A DNA stretch of 64,000 bases from Laetmonice hystrix (lineage: Eukaryota): contig OZ249440.1 of the NCBI GenBank assembly GCA_965235115.1, positions 32,614,001-32,678,000 of the forward strand, in the 5' to 3' direction. Positions 48,206 to 60,180 of the stretch are shown here, piece after piece. The position numbers and the translations under genes were made by a program. Each line of letters begins with the position of its first letter. Positions within the stretch are counted from its first letter, which is position 1. The notes beneath the pieces were generated by a model. That model saw only the letters and a list, made by a program, of their open reading frames with translations, had not been told where the DNA came from and made no database searches.

Positions 48206-49436
48206 CCCACACACCCCGGACTATGCTGATGTACATCTAAATAAACCTTAATTAATGAGTCAGACAAAATTCGCCGATAGAAATATGAATTTTGTAACCC
48301 TATAATGAATATGGTAAGATTGTGTCGATTATAGCAGGTTGCCCGACGTTCGGGGAGGACTGCTTATGTTTATTGCAACCTCAGGAGGTATACGTTAAAA
48401 ATCCCCGAAAATAGCCGCTGTGGAGCACTCAGTGGGTAGGGACTCTCCAATAGAGGGCAGTTTTGCAACGCCTCTTCATAGCGGGAATTCCCACTACAGT
48501 TTATGCAAGGCTTAGACCGATAGACATCTAACGTGTTAGACGTCTAACGGGGACCCGTAATCCGGTATACATATATACATATTATGCGGGGATTCAGCAA
48601 TAGCGGGTGGGTTTGTCCAAGAAGGAATGTCCACTATAACGCCAATTTAACGCTTTTGCCAGCGAGGGCCCCCGTTAGACAATGCACGGGAACCCGTAAC
48701 TATATAGCGGGAATTTAGGCAACTGTTAAAGGCCCCTGGGAGTACTTTGGACCCTGAAAGGGGTTGTCATGTGTATCCGATTGGGCCAGCCTAATTGGCA
48801 CTATGTTATTAGGCATATTGTGAGATGGTAAGTGTTTCCTGTCCTGGAAGCCTTTGGGCCCTCCTACCCGCAATCGAGAGAATCCTTGGGAAAAATAAGT
48901 TGTGTGTGGATAAAGAAGGGGCGTTTCCGGCCCAAATATGATACCGGAGAAGAATTATTTGGAAGTCTGCCGTTCAATTTTTACCGTTTTTCTACTTTCC
49001 TCTACCTGAAACCTCAGGGAAGATTTGCCTTCAGTTGGGTCGACTGTGGACCGGTAACCTAGTGCTTGTTAGCCTTGGCCCAGGCTTTGCTCATACTTCC
49101 GGAACTACTTTCTTGCATATTTTTTCGAATCTCCTTTCACATTCTACTACCCCCTCACGTCCTTGAGGTCCAAAAAAAAAAGATTATAAAAAGTTATGCT
49201 ATTATATTCAACCAGAGGGCTTCCACAGCAAGTAAGTTCTGTGTTTTCAATCTACACATGTATAGTCCTGCCATTGTATGAGGGGCGCAAATACCGCCGG
49301 GGATTTCTAGTTTTTTTTCACCCAGACCCCAACTCAACCAACTATCACGGGGTAGGCCTATCTGGTTAATGGTTCAGAGGACACTGGCCCCCTGGGATTT
49401 TCTGCCAGGCTATGGCCCTGGAAGGAATGTACTGAC

Positions 49437-49651
49437 CTGAAGGAGTGCTGTCTGAGCCACCCTCTAGCCTGGAAGTCCCTGATGGCGATATTCATGGCAG
49501 AGCCAGTGGCTTCCATCGACGTCAGGGCGTACTGGTCGGGGCTGGAGTAGGTCAGGATCCCGACGGGGATCACCCGAGCCTCGAGAAGGGTACGGGAATG
49601 GCACAGGAGAAGAAGCGCCAGGGAAAGGGTATCGGTCCTCATGGTCCTCAT
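49437..49651 (-). CDS. First coding exon of a host membrane receptor (receptor guanylyl cyclase / natriuretic-peptide-receptor-like ANF ligand-binding domain)
   Basis: Signal peptide MRTMRTDTLSLALLLLCHS..., then VIPVGIL...ATGSAMNIAIRDFQARGWL..HSFR. GC-rich coding composition and a phase-2 donor AG|GTCAGT at 49436. Confidence 0.65.
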
Positions 49652-51488
49652 TCGGCAGCCCAGTTCTAGGACGGCGGTGGCACCGGTCTCTTGCTACCGG
49701 GCGGGTTCAGACTGGCAGACTGAGATTGATGCAAGTGTGAGTGTATCTGAGATTGACGAGGATAGTCTAATGCCACTGGGCCAGTTTGTTGTTGAAATCA
49801 TTCCCGAAGAGTCTGCTTTAGAAAGACGCATCTGACCCCGAAGTTTCTTCCGTTCCGAGGGTCACTGTCTGATTGGTGGAGACCACGAGGTTGCAGAGGC
49901 CCCAAGGACAACTACACTTGTCTGCAGAAGTCTCTCAGAAACTTACAAAGGGTAATTGTCTGTGTTGACATTGTCAAATGGGTACGTCCAGCCTTCTCAA
50001 TGCGGCCTCATTAGAGATACCCAAGGTTCCAGCGTCACGTGACCTTCCTTTGTACTGGCTGGAGGTGTTATCTTAAACACATAGGTTCGTTTTGTGCAGT
50101 AGCGCCATTTAGAAAAAACGGGGTGCAGGAAGGATAAAACAGACTTCCAAATGTATATTGCGACTGAAATTACATCAGAATAATCATGTTAACCCTCTAA
50201 ATAGAATCTATATTTTGGCACCAAGGACCCATGGCAGTCACCTGTTATCTCAATGGGATACTCCGTTGAAGTATGTGGATAGTATACAGAAAGTCTCACT
50301 ATCATGTCAACATAAGAAACTATGAAAAGTATGTTTTTGCCCTGGGAACAAAACGCTAAAAACGTCAATCTAGCTACACTATAATTTTTTTACAGTATTA
50401 GTTGATGTTAATTTACACGCCTAGGTGCTGTAAATCTGATACTACAGTCATGTACTGTAAAAATACATTAGGTCTACTGTAAATTTAAAGTAACATTTCA
50501 TGTCATTCGGTTTACATAAGAATATATATTGTGAAAATACAATATGGTCAAGTATACTTCAACTTGACAGTCCGAACTTTATAATGGAGATCTAGACCAG
50601 TTGGTGATCTGCCAAGTTAAAAGAACATGAAGTTGGAACTTCGAAATTTTATTTAACACTAACAGTTGCCTAACATCCTTTGGAGCAACTGCCAACTTTT
50701 GAAGTGCTAGCCTCTAGCTAGGGCTACTATAGGGCCCTAGACCTAAAATTAGGTCGTAGTATAGGGGACGACATAGTCTGCACCCCCCCCCATAGCACTC
50801 TGCGACATTACTAATAATAGAAATGCCCCTTTCCATGACGTCACATTTTATGTGCACAATTAAAATACTCCGACAAACATCACCCACGAAGCAGGTGTTC
50901 CTTGTATACAAAAGGCAAGCGACCGGGTGGAAAATAAGCTGTTGTGCTTAAATTACGGTCTCAATTGGAGTTTTATGCCGACAGGATTCCAACAACAAAG
51001 CATTGCTGTTATGGACTGTGTACATATGGAAAACTTAGACGCGAAATGTTTCAAGCAGCCGCAACCCTGCGACGATGCTGTAAATAGAACACAATCTCTG
51101 GGGTCAGGCCGGGCCATACCATTTACCAAATAAAGGGGTGACAACGTTGCACTCGCTTTAATAAGAACTACCACTTTATTCCAGAATCTCTCTTCTTAAA
51201 CCTTGCATTAGAAATATGGACCTTGAATTAGAAATACACTTCGATCTGGCGAATGCTCTCCAATTTCACTCAGTCAGAAACAAGAGGCATGTAAATGTTA
51301 AACGACAAATACAACAGTTATCTAACTTCCTTGCACAACCTATCTTGCAGGTTTTAGTTTTTGGCTGCTTTCCTCTTGAAACGTGTCCTTGAATTCGAAA
51401 TGGCGATTCTGAAAGAGTATGTAAAATTTTAAATAACAAATACACAATTGGCAGCCCATACCCACCATGAAAAAAAACCCCAACTCCA

Positions 51489-51938
51489 TAGGGCTGGCCA
51501 GTTCTCGTGTCCTAGATAGGCAAACATGCGAGAAAGAGCGAGAATGGGGACAAACAGAGGATAGTCTCGTCAGTTTAGCATTGCTACGCCCATAGGGACC
51601 AGCGACTGTCAACTTCAAAATATTTTTGCTCACCAATGAGAGCTACGCCCATAGGGACCAGCGACTGTCAACTTCAAAATATTTTTGCTCACCAATGAGA
51701 GCACTTTGAGTCTTGAGCTTTACAAATATGATTAACTAACAAGTTTACTGAATGAAAAGGTACATTTTACATGTAAGAAGTTAAAATTTTTACACTACAA
51801 CCTGATATTAGAAATTGTTGTTACTGAGCCTATGTTAAACCTATGGGCAGTTTGTGACGTCACATTGTTTGTCCCCAAAGCGCAAGTGGTTTGAGGTTAT
51901 TTTCCGTCATATCCAGGACACGAGACTGTCCAGCCCTA
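51489..51938. mobile_element. MITE with an internal 59-bp tandem duplication
   Basis: TIR tagggctggccagttctcgtgtcctagat / atccaggacacgagactgtccagcccta; duplication at 51583-51700. Confidence 0.6.
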
Positions 51939-52344
51939 TAGGCCTACTGTCTAGGAGTAGAAGCAGGCGCAAAATGCAAGGCACAAAACACTGCGATATT
52001 GAGATTCTGTATGGTCACTCTTAGTTTATACGCCTACCAATAGCTACGACTAGCTAGTATTAGTAATATTAATAGTGGTATTACTATAAAGTCCAAACGT
52101 TAAACTTCTCTAGAGTTTCCGCAAGGAAATAAATGGTGGGGGTGGGGATAATCCATGCCATGTTGAATCCTGAAAATGTTGAATAATAACTCTTGTCAGA
52201 GTTATGCAGGGGATATATCCCCCATTCCCCTTCTGGCAGAAACCCTAGCTGTATGTACTACAAGACCATATTCATATAGTAGGGGGGCCAAGCTCTGTAC
52301 GGGGCCAAATTAGGGTTGGACCTTACAGTCTCTGCTATAAAATT

Positions 52345-53050
52345 TTGCACCCCCAGGATGTCTAGAGGTATGTTCTTCAGCATTGTTGTTGACATTTGAA
52401 AGTGTTTCGGACAGATATTTTGTTTGCAATTTCCCCTTTATAAAGAGTTTGCCACCTGTGAGTCTGGCTTTATTAGTTGCATTTTGTCTTTTTTCTTTGA
52501 ATTCATCCATGGCAAACTGCTGTCTTTCCTTTATTGACGGGGGCAGCTGTCGAGCAACAAAATGTTGGGTGTTCCGGAGCCGGTTTGTGTGTTTTAGGAC
52601 ATTGGAAAGTTCATCTGCAATAGGGAACTTGGCGACGATAGATCGATGCCCACCTTGTGCAACAGGAATGTAGTAGTCATTTGCATCGGGAATATTCATG
52701 ACTGTACTCAGGAAATTTCGTACGAGTCCCACGCAGTCTTCTCCTTGTATTTCTCGACCTATCACTCCAGCTTTGCTGAACGAAAATATTAGGTTAGGTT
52801 TCATACTTTGGACTTTGAGATCTCCCAGTTCATTTCTCATCCTGTGCATTTCTACATCTTGTCTTTCTATCTTGGCACTTAGCAGGTTCACTGTACTTTC
52901 CAGCACACCAATATCAGTATTGAGACCTTCCACCGTGGTGTCTAGTTTTTCCTCAATACCTGCCATCCTCGTATCCATCCTTTTAAGTAATTCCCAGACT
53001 TCAACAGGAAACCCCTCTGGAACTTTGGCCTGCAGACTATATATAGCTAG
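52345..53050 (-). pseudogene. LINE ORF1-like fragment (coiled coil plus RRM-like domain)
   Basis: Heptad coiled coil, then QSMKPNLIFS...EDCVGLVRNFL...RSIVAKF...KARLTGGKLFIKG. Cut at about 52345 by unrelated sequence. Confidence 0.6.
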
Positions 53051-53899
53051 CTGATTTCTTCTTTCCTGCCATTACAGGTTGTTGTTGTGTTGTAGTTTGT
53101 ACCAGGTACCTTGTGGGTGAGTGATTGATAGGTCTACCTGTAGTACAGTGTGGAGCTGGTCACAGTTCACTGAGTGCGCGGCAGAGTTCACTGGGTGTGT
53201 GGCACAGTATGGCTTCTTGTGGTGTTACCGGTCAAGCCTTCTCTCAAGTTTATTTCCCTCTGGTTTCTCTCACTCTACTGTAAAGTCTTGCATTTCTCAC
53301 CTCATTTGTTTTCTGGGTTGCTTATAATCATAATCGTCCAGTTTTTGGGTTCCTGGCTGTCATTTCACGATTGGATTCCCACCTTTATCCGGGAGGGACT
53401 CTCAGGTGTGTCTGACCATGACCATGACCATAGAGAGGCCTGGGTGCGCTGTTTTAGCGCCCCCCTTACCCCATCTATTAGGCTTATCAATGACAGATGC
53501 ATGAAATTAGCTTAAATTATTTATTCAACATTACTCATTAACTTTGAATATTTAAAGTTTCAATGTCTGAAAAAGAGCCATTTGGCCCGAGACGAACTTC
53601 CATGATTGGCGCCAAAACTACTGAGCACGACTGCAGCATCAGTGGGCTTGGTCAAAGTTCAACACTCGTACAGACTGTGACACAGCACAGGTAAGCATGT
53701 TTTACTGTTCTTGGGTGATATAGCAGAAATGTTGGAAATGTCAGGGAGTGCCTAGGTTATCTACTCCAAGAAGAAAAGCGGTTGTCGTATTTATTGGCTG
53801 CTTTTCATCGATTCGATGCCCCAATATCGCCCACTCGCCCTCGTGGCCTGATCGTACGGGAGCATGGGGAGGGAGTCACCATCTAGGTCGAAATTGACA

Positions 53900-55180
53900 A
53901 TCAGATTTTTAATGCTGTGTATGATGAGGATAGTGATGACAGTGCGGTTAACGATTCTGGCAATGTTGCAGAAGACCAGAGTGATGATGGAGATGATGAT
54001 GGTAGCCTACTAGTGACAAGCATGAAGATGTGGAATCCTTCAAAGCAGGTCTATGTTCTTTGACTTGCAAACACAACATTCCAGATGCGTTTGTGGATGA
54101 CCTCCTAAAATTGCTTAAACAAGAGATTCCTGGTATGGAAAATCTACCGTCATGTGCAAGAACTCTTTTGAAAGCTGGTATGAAGACCGTAAAAGTGAAG
54201 TCGGTATCGAATATGGATTATTACCATTTTGGGTTGCCAGGTCAAATTGTTAAAACACTTCAATGGTACCCAAAGGAAGTTGTTGAGAGGTTAACAACAT
54301 TAAAGTTAATCTTTAACATTAATGGTCTACCAATCTTACGTAGTACTCGCACTGCACTGTGGCCAATTTTATGTGTGATTGACAATTTATCTCCAGCAAA
54401 GGTTAAGCGTACCGATCGAATTTGCAAGAAAGCCACGAGGATTAGATCAGATTGATTATTGGAAGACTACTGAATATAGATTGTTCCTCCTGTACACTGG
54501 CTTTTTTGCATTAAGAGGAATTCTTGATTCAGATCGCATGAAACACTTCATGAAACTCAGTGTGGCAGTTTCCATTCTTGTAAATCCAGAGCTTGCTGAA
54601 ACATTCAATCGTTATGCTCATCGTCTTTTGGTAGAGTTTGTAAATGAGGGAAAATTGATTTATGGAAATGAATTTTTAGTGTATAACGTACATACTAACG
54701 CATCTGGCTGATGAAGCACAACTGCATGGCAATCTCGATGTATGTGCAGCATGGCGTTTTGAGAATTTTCTACATGAAATCAAGAAACAGATAAGGTCAG
54801 GGAAAAATCCTACAGCACAGTGTGTGCGACGAGTAGTAGAGAAGCAGAAACATGTGCCATATGTTGGACCTGCTCAAAGGAGTTTTCAAGTGATGACGAA
54901 GGCACCCAACAATGCAAACATCCTTCAGACTGGACATTACTGTGAAATTGTTGGTGTGGATGCAGGAGGAAACGACACTCAACTACTGTGCCGTGTGTAT
55001 AGGAACAGTGAGGCTGTGTTTGAAGAACCATGTAGTTCCAAAGTTATTGGATTTGCCAAAGTTTCTAAGAATGAAGCACAAATGAAGTATATCAGATACT
55101 CAGATTTGTCTGCAAGATGCATTATGTGGGAACACAGGACACACAAAAGCTTTCTTAAACTGCATCATGATCATTCTTGA
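53900..55180 (+). pseudogene. CMC-EnSpm (CACTA) transposase, internally deleted and frameshifted
   Basis: LPSCARTLL, YYHFG, NINGLP...LWPIL, joined directly to PIEFARKPRGL..IDYWKTTEYRLFLLY, then YGNEFLVYNVH and AWRFENFLHEIKKQIRSGKNP. Confidence 0.8.
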
Positions 55181-55607
55181 TCTCTAATTGATGATCCACA
55201 ACATGATGTCGGTACATCTGGGACTTCTTTCGGGATGGTATGTAATGAACCACATGGAAAAGTCAATTAGAACGTTATTGAACAGTGTAACTAATAACAG
55301 CATAAGTTAGGAACCCTGCAAAGCATATATTTTGTGGCAAAGCATATATTTTGTGGCAAAGCATATATTTTGTGGCAGTCTTCACACAGATTCACCAAGG
55401 GTGCTGGTCTTGCCTGGATCGGAGCTGATCATGGTATGCAGCCTTCTGCAATGTTGTACTGTGAATTTCTAATAAATTTGCATTCAATTGCAGAGCATTT
55501 TTACTTTGATTCGCATAAGGATATGATTGGGTACCAAGCTGTGATGTGATAAGGGTTGAGACATTTTCTAACTTTCTTTTCCATAATTTTACAGTTTCAC
55601 AATCAAA

Positions 55608-55939
55608 ATGGCGGAGGCCAGTTATTCTGTTTTGACCTTTCCAGAAGAAAAAGACAAGATTGCGATTTTACCATCATGCTGGATCAAAAGTACTGACGGG
55701 GTAGGCATGGTTACTATTTCTAATGAAAAATAATTATATGCTGTTTGACTCATTGGAAGCATCACAGTTTGCCTTAAAATTGAGCTTGAGTAAGTGCAGC
55801 TTAATAATTTTTTTGTTTAATTGTCAACAACAATCAAAGGCCTACTGGCCACCAGCTGCATTCCGTAAACAGATGACAAAACAGGAACCTGCCGACCCTA
55901 CTTGGCCTTTATATCTTGCAGAAGTGAGGTTCATATCTG
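55608..55939 (+). pseudogene. 5' exons of the EnSpm accessory gene
   Basis: Exon 55608-55700 MAEASYSVLTFPEEKDKIAILPSCWIK, then AYWPP...EPADPTWPLY with a GT donor at 55940. This is the typical N-terminus of animal EnSpm second genes. Confidence 0.5.
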
Positions 55940-56642
55940 GTAAGTTTAATATTTCCTTAGCAGTGCTGTGCCAATTTTTCAGGAGGCCACTTTCATCACT
56001 GCACTTTTTTGCCTGAAATTTATGCCTGGTATGACACCAGAGAATTTCTTTGCCACTTGCGGAAGTTCTGGTAACTTGAACAGATTCATCCTTTACAGTT
56101 GAGATCTACATGTATAAATATATGCAAAACAGTGGGGAGAAAATGTGTAGCTTTACTTTATAGTTTTTGATTGTTAATGGTTTAAAAAAATAGTATTGCC
56201 ATATTAATTTGACTTAATGGTTTAATATCATCAAAATTTCCCCTGATGAAAAAAGTGTTGCAAATAGACATGTATGCATAATGCCTGGAAAGTCCTGAAA
56301 CAGTATGTTTTGGAGTGGTGCCATGTGTACAGGTTTCATAAGTTTTTATGTATTTAGAATTATTGAATTGCAGTTACAGATGAGGATGAGACATCAAGGT
56401 TTGTATATGGATGCTTTCATAGACGTGCTAAAGCTTATTTCAGTCATGCTCCTGGGCAAGTGTCTGTTGCTTGAGTACTGAAGCTCATGTTATTTTTAAA
56501 TAGGCAGGTGGTGGTCTTATTCATTGAGCTAACAGGGTGGTAGGCCTAGATGGTAGCACTTGCAGCTTTAAAAACGAACTGTCATTTCTAAAGCAGTTGA
56601 ATAGGTTTATAAAGGTAACCTGCATGGACCTCTTTATCTTAA

Positions 56643-58427
56643 AGGGTTACAAGGATCTGAATTACTACTTTAAAGAATTGAAAAGTAATATAAATGTAGA
56701 TTACTAAACTATCCAATTTTTGGTCTGTTTTGCGCCTATTTTATATTAAAAAGCCCGTTTTCGTTCACCTGCACTGTATCATCCCGAAGCAAATGGCCCA
56801 ATGCCAGAAATTGAGTCACGTGACCGATGACGTGTCAACATGTGCAGGGCTCGGCAACATGGCCAACATGGCATCTAGATCTACGGAGAAGACCGATAGT
56901 TTCTGATGAGATACATTACTATTAGTGGGGATGGGGAATCTAATGCAAGCCAGGGTTTAGATCTAGGAAATGTTGTTGAGCCATAGGCCTAATCTATATC
57001 GAGTTAAACCAGACTAGAGGTCTCAGACTCAGCAGAATCGGATCATGAGAACGTCGAAGACGAAGCCCTCGAAGTTGAATGGCTTGATCTTGACTTGATC
57101 ACATTGATCAATGAATCTGTGCCTGCTGTAACAAACTGTTAGTATCCCCTTTAGTTCATTAACACGTCTAGGTAGGTAATTACAGCAGTAGGTTGTTGTC
57201 TAGGCTATTTACCGTGGTAGCTAATCCTCGCTAACCCGAACCGGGCACTGACAGTCGCTCGCACGGCTGGCACTCATGCATGGCTGCGTGTCATACACTG
57301 CGCGCCCCAGGCGGGCCCCGCCCTGTTTTTCTGGCATTCGTCTTCTTCCCACCACGGCGGCCTCCATATATTCTGGTCCTAAATAAACTAACTATAGGTA
57401 GCCTATACAATCTAGATATTGATTTTTCCCTTTGGCATAGGCATAGCCATGCTAGATCATTGCCTAGATTGTGTGCAAGTTGACAACTGTTGAGGGTCTG
57501 CAGTCGCTGAGCCGAGCCAGCCTCCGAGGCTGTGACTGCGAGCCCCGGACGTGGGCAACCTGTCCCGGCGGATAACGCCTACCGTCTCCCTATAGGCTAT
57601 AGGACTAGATTTCATTTGTTTCTGGAAGAGCATGCCCCAGGGCTGTAGTGTGAACCCCTGTGCAACCGCACAAAATTGTCAACATAGCCTATGACTATGT
57701 TAACCGTCCCCGCTTTGCCTCGCCAGCTGACTAGTCATCGGGACGACAGTCGACGGTGTCTAAAACACTCCCAACTTGTTCACGGCCGACCCATGGACGG
57801 GGCCGGGGGTAGACTAAAATCCTGTCCGAATTTTGTCAAAACTCAGAATGATGAATGGGGTTGGGTTGGGTTGGGTGGGATGGATAATTTTTTGCTTGCC
57901 TTGGTCATTTACTCTTGGGTTAACATGTTAGGACAGACTGCTTGGACCTTGGTCGAGTTTTGTGCCTGACCGGCTGACGGGAGACCGGTCCTAGTTTGGC
58001 CAACGATACACGCTCACATGACTGTCCACGCTTCTCTTACCACAACATTGCGGCACACCGCCATCTATTCACTCGTTTACTCCACTCATTGTCCTTGACA
58101 CCTGAATTTACCTCCATGGCAATGGAATTTGAGGATGATCATGTCAGGCATATCCCGAAAACAACACACGGCCGACTTTAGCCCTAGTATGGTCACAGTC
58201 ATAATGGCGGCTCTGCACATGTTGACACGTCACACTCCGGAGTTTACCGAAGATTGCCGAGGATTAGTGAGATTCCAAGATTGTCATATATGGAGATATA
58301 AATGTGGGTATATTTAATAAAATGCTTTTTATTTTCACAAAGCTTGCAGGGGATGATTTACAATAAGTTTCAACGATGCTCTTTCAAAAGAAAAAAAGTA
58401 CCATTAATTTCAGATCCTTGTTACACT
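56643..58427. mobile_element. Kolobok-type non-autonomous element (TTAA TSD)
   Basis: ttaa|AGGGTTACAAGGATCTGAA ... TTCAGATCCTTGTTACACT|ttaa. Confidence 0.75.
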
Positions 58428-59189
58428 TTAACATAGCATGAGACCGAGTCTGTTATTTTCAACACTGCTGTAGTCAGGCAGATATGTGACAATATGTCAA
58501 AGGATTGTGCATTTCGTCATAAAAGCGCGAAACTTGGCACAGTCATAGACCATACCCAAAGGAAAAAGGCCAGAAATGGCGCCACGAGAAAAAGACCCTG
58601 TATCACCTTTGGCAGCCATTTTAAGGTCGCCATTCCCGGAAAAAGGAGATTTCGTCAAGAACGAAATAGGTTTTCAATGAGTCACGAACGCACTCATGAG
58701 TGTGGATCCTAGGCTCAGAGGTCACTACCTATGTCACGTGACCGGGGCCTGTTGCCATGGTCAGTTCTCATGTAAACTTTCACTTGCTTTGTCACCTTTG
58801 TCGAAGACGCAACTAAATTGGATCAAGGCGGGTGACGGTATCGCCAAATGGTTGTGTTCTCGAATGGACTGGGTGGTTTTGTCATTGTAGGTAGGTAGTG
58901 TGTTGTTACTTGAAGCCCTATCTGGTGTGAAGGGATATGTTAGACAATAATTTTCACTTGGGGAAAAGAGCGGGTATGTTGAGGAGGTGATATGTGTTGA
59001 CGGTGCAGTATGGCCAGGTGTAGCCCCCCCCCTATGATGTTGCGCAAGAGTTCAGTACCCGCAGGACGGTCGGGTGAGTAACGAATGGAGTGAGCCTCGA
59101 CGACATAGTGGGCCGGTGCGGTGTTTGGTGAGAGGGCCGACGGCATGCAGACTTGTCCAATTCAGTGGTTCGGCCCGCCTGGAAGGTGA

Positions 59190-60180
59190 CGGCTTATGGT
59201 GTGAGACCTGGCGGCATACTGGGGTAGTGCGGTGTATGACGGTACGGTGGGGTGTATATGTTGTGTGTATGTGTGTACGGAAGCTGTGTGATGTTTGCAA
59301 TTGGGGTGTGCTGTATATGGTATGCGTGATGTTTGCAAGTGTACTAAGTCTGGTGGTGTACGGTGACTGCATGGTGTTGTGTAAGTGTACGGGAGCTGTG
59401 TGATGTTTGGCAATGTGGTGTGCTGTGTATGATGTGTATGATGTTTGCAAGTATACAAAATTTGGTGGGTATAAGGTGGCTGCATGATGTTGTGTGGGGT
59501 ACGGAAGCTGTGTGAAATTTGACAAATGTGGTAGGCTGTATACATGGTGTATGTGTCATGTTTGCGGGGTTACGAAAGCTGTGTGGTGTGCTGTATATGG
59601 TGTGTGACATCTTTGCAAGTGTACAAAAGCGGGTGCTGTATGGTTGTGCGCAGTGTATCGTGTTATGCATTTAGGAGGTCGCAATCGGTGTGGTGCATAT
59701 GGGGAGTGCGTAGAGTTGTTCAAGTGAGCGGATGCAGGAGTTTGATGGTCGCTGTATAATGGTGAGTGTAGATGTTATGTAATGGTACAGAAACAGTGTG
59801 GCGTATTGTGTTGTTCAGTATGACGTGTGCATGTTGTTGAGTAAGTGGGCAGAGTCGGCTGTGTATTGCGTTGTGCAGTATGGCGAGCACATGGTGGTGA
59901 GTACGTGTGGAGAAGCAGTGTGGTGTAATGTATTGCATGGTATATGGTGAGTGCATGGGGCTGTGAAAGTGTATGGGCTGTGAAAGTGTATGAAGCCAGT
60001 GTGGTATGTGGCATGTGCAGTATAATTATGGTAAGTGTGTGTGCTGTTTAGGTGTACGGAAGCGGACATATTGCATTGCACGGTATGTGTATGGTATTGT
60101 GTAAGTGTGCAGAATCAGTGTGGTCCATTGCGCAGTGTATCGTGAATGTATAGTGTTGTGCATGTTGGGTTGTGTATGCC
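59190..60180. repeat. Degenerate GT-rich tandem/low-complexity repeat
   Basis: Recurring gtacggaagctgtgtg(atgtttgcaa) and gctgtatatgg; strong G/T strand skew. Confidence 0.75.

Noticed and set aside
59052..60081. His/Thr-rich ORFs
   Set aside because: Products of a GT-rich low-complexity repeat.
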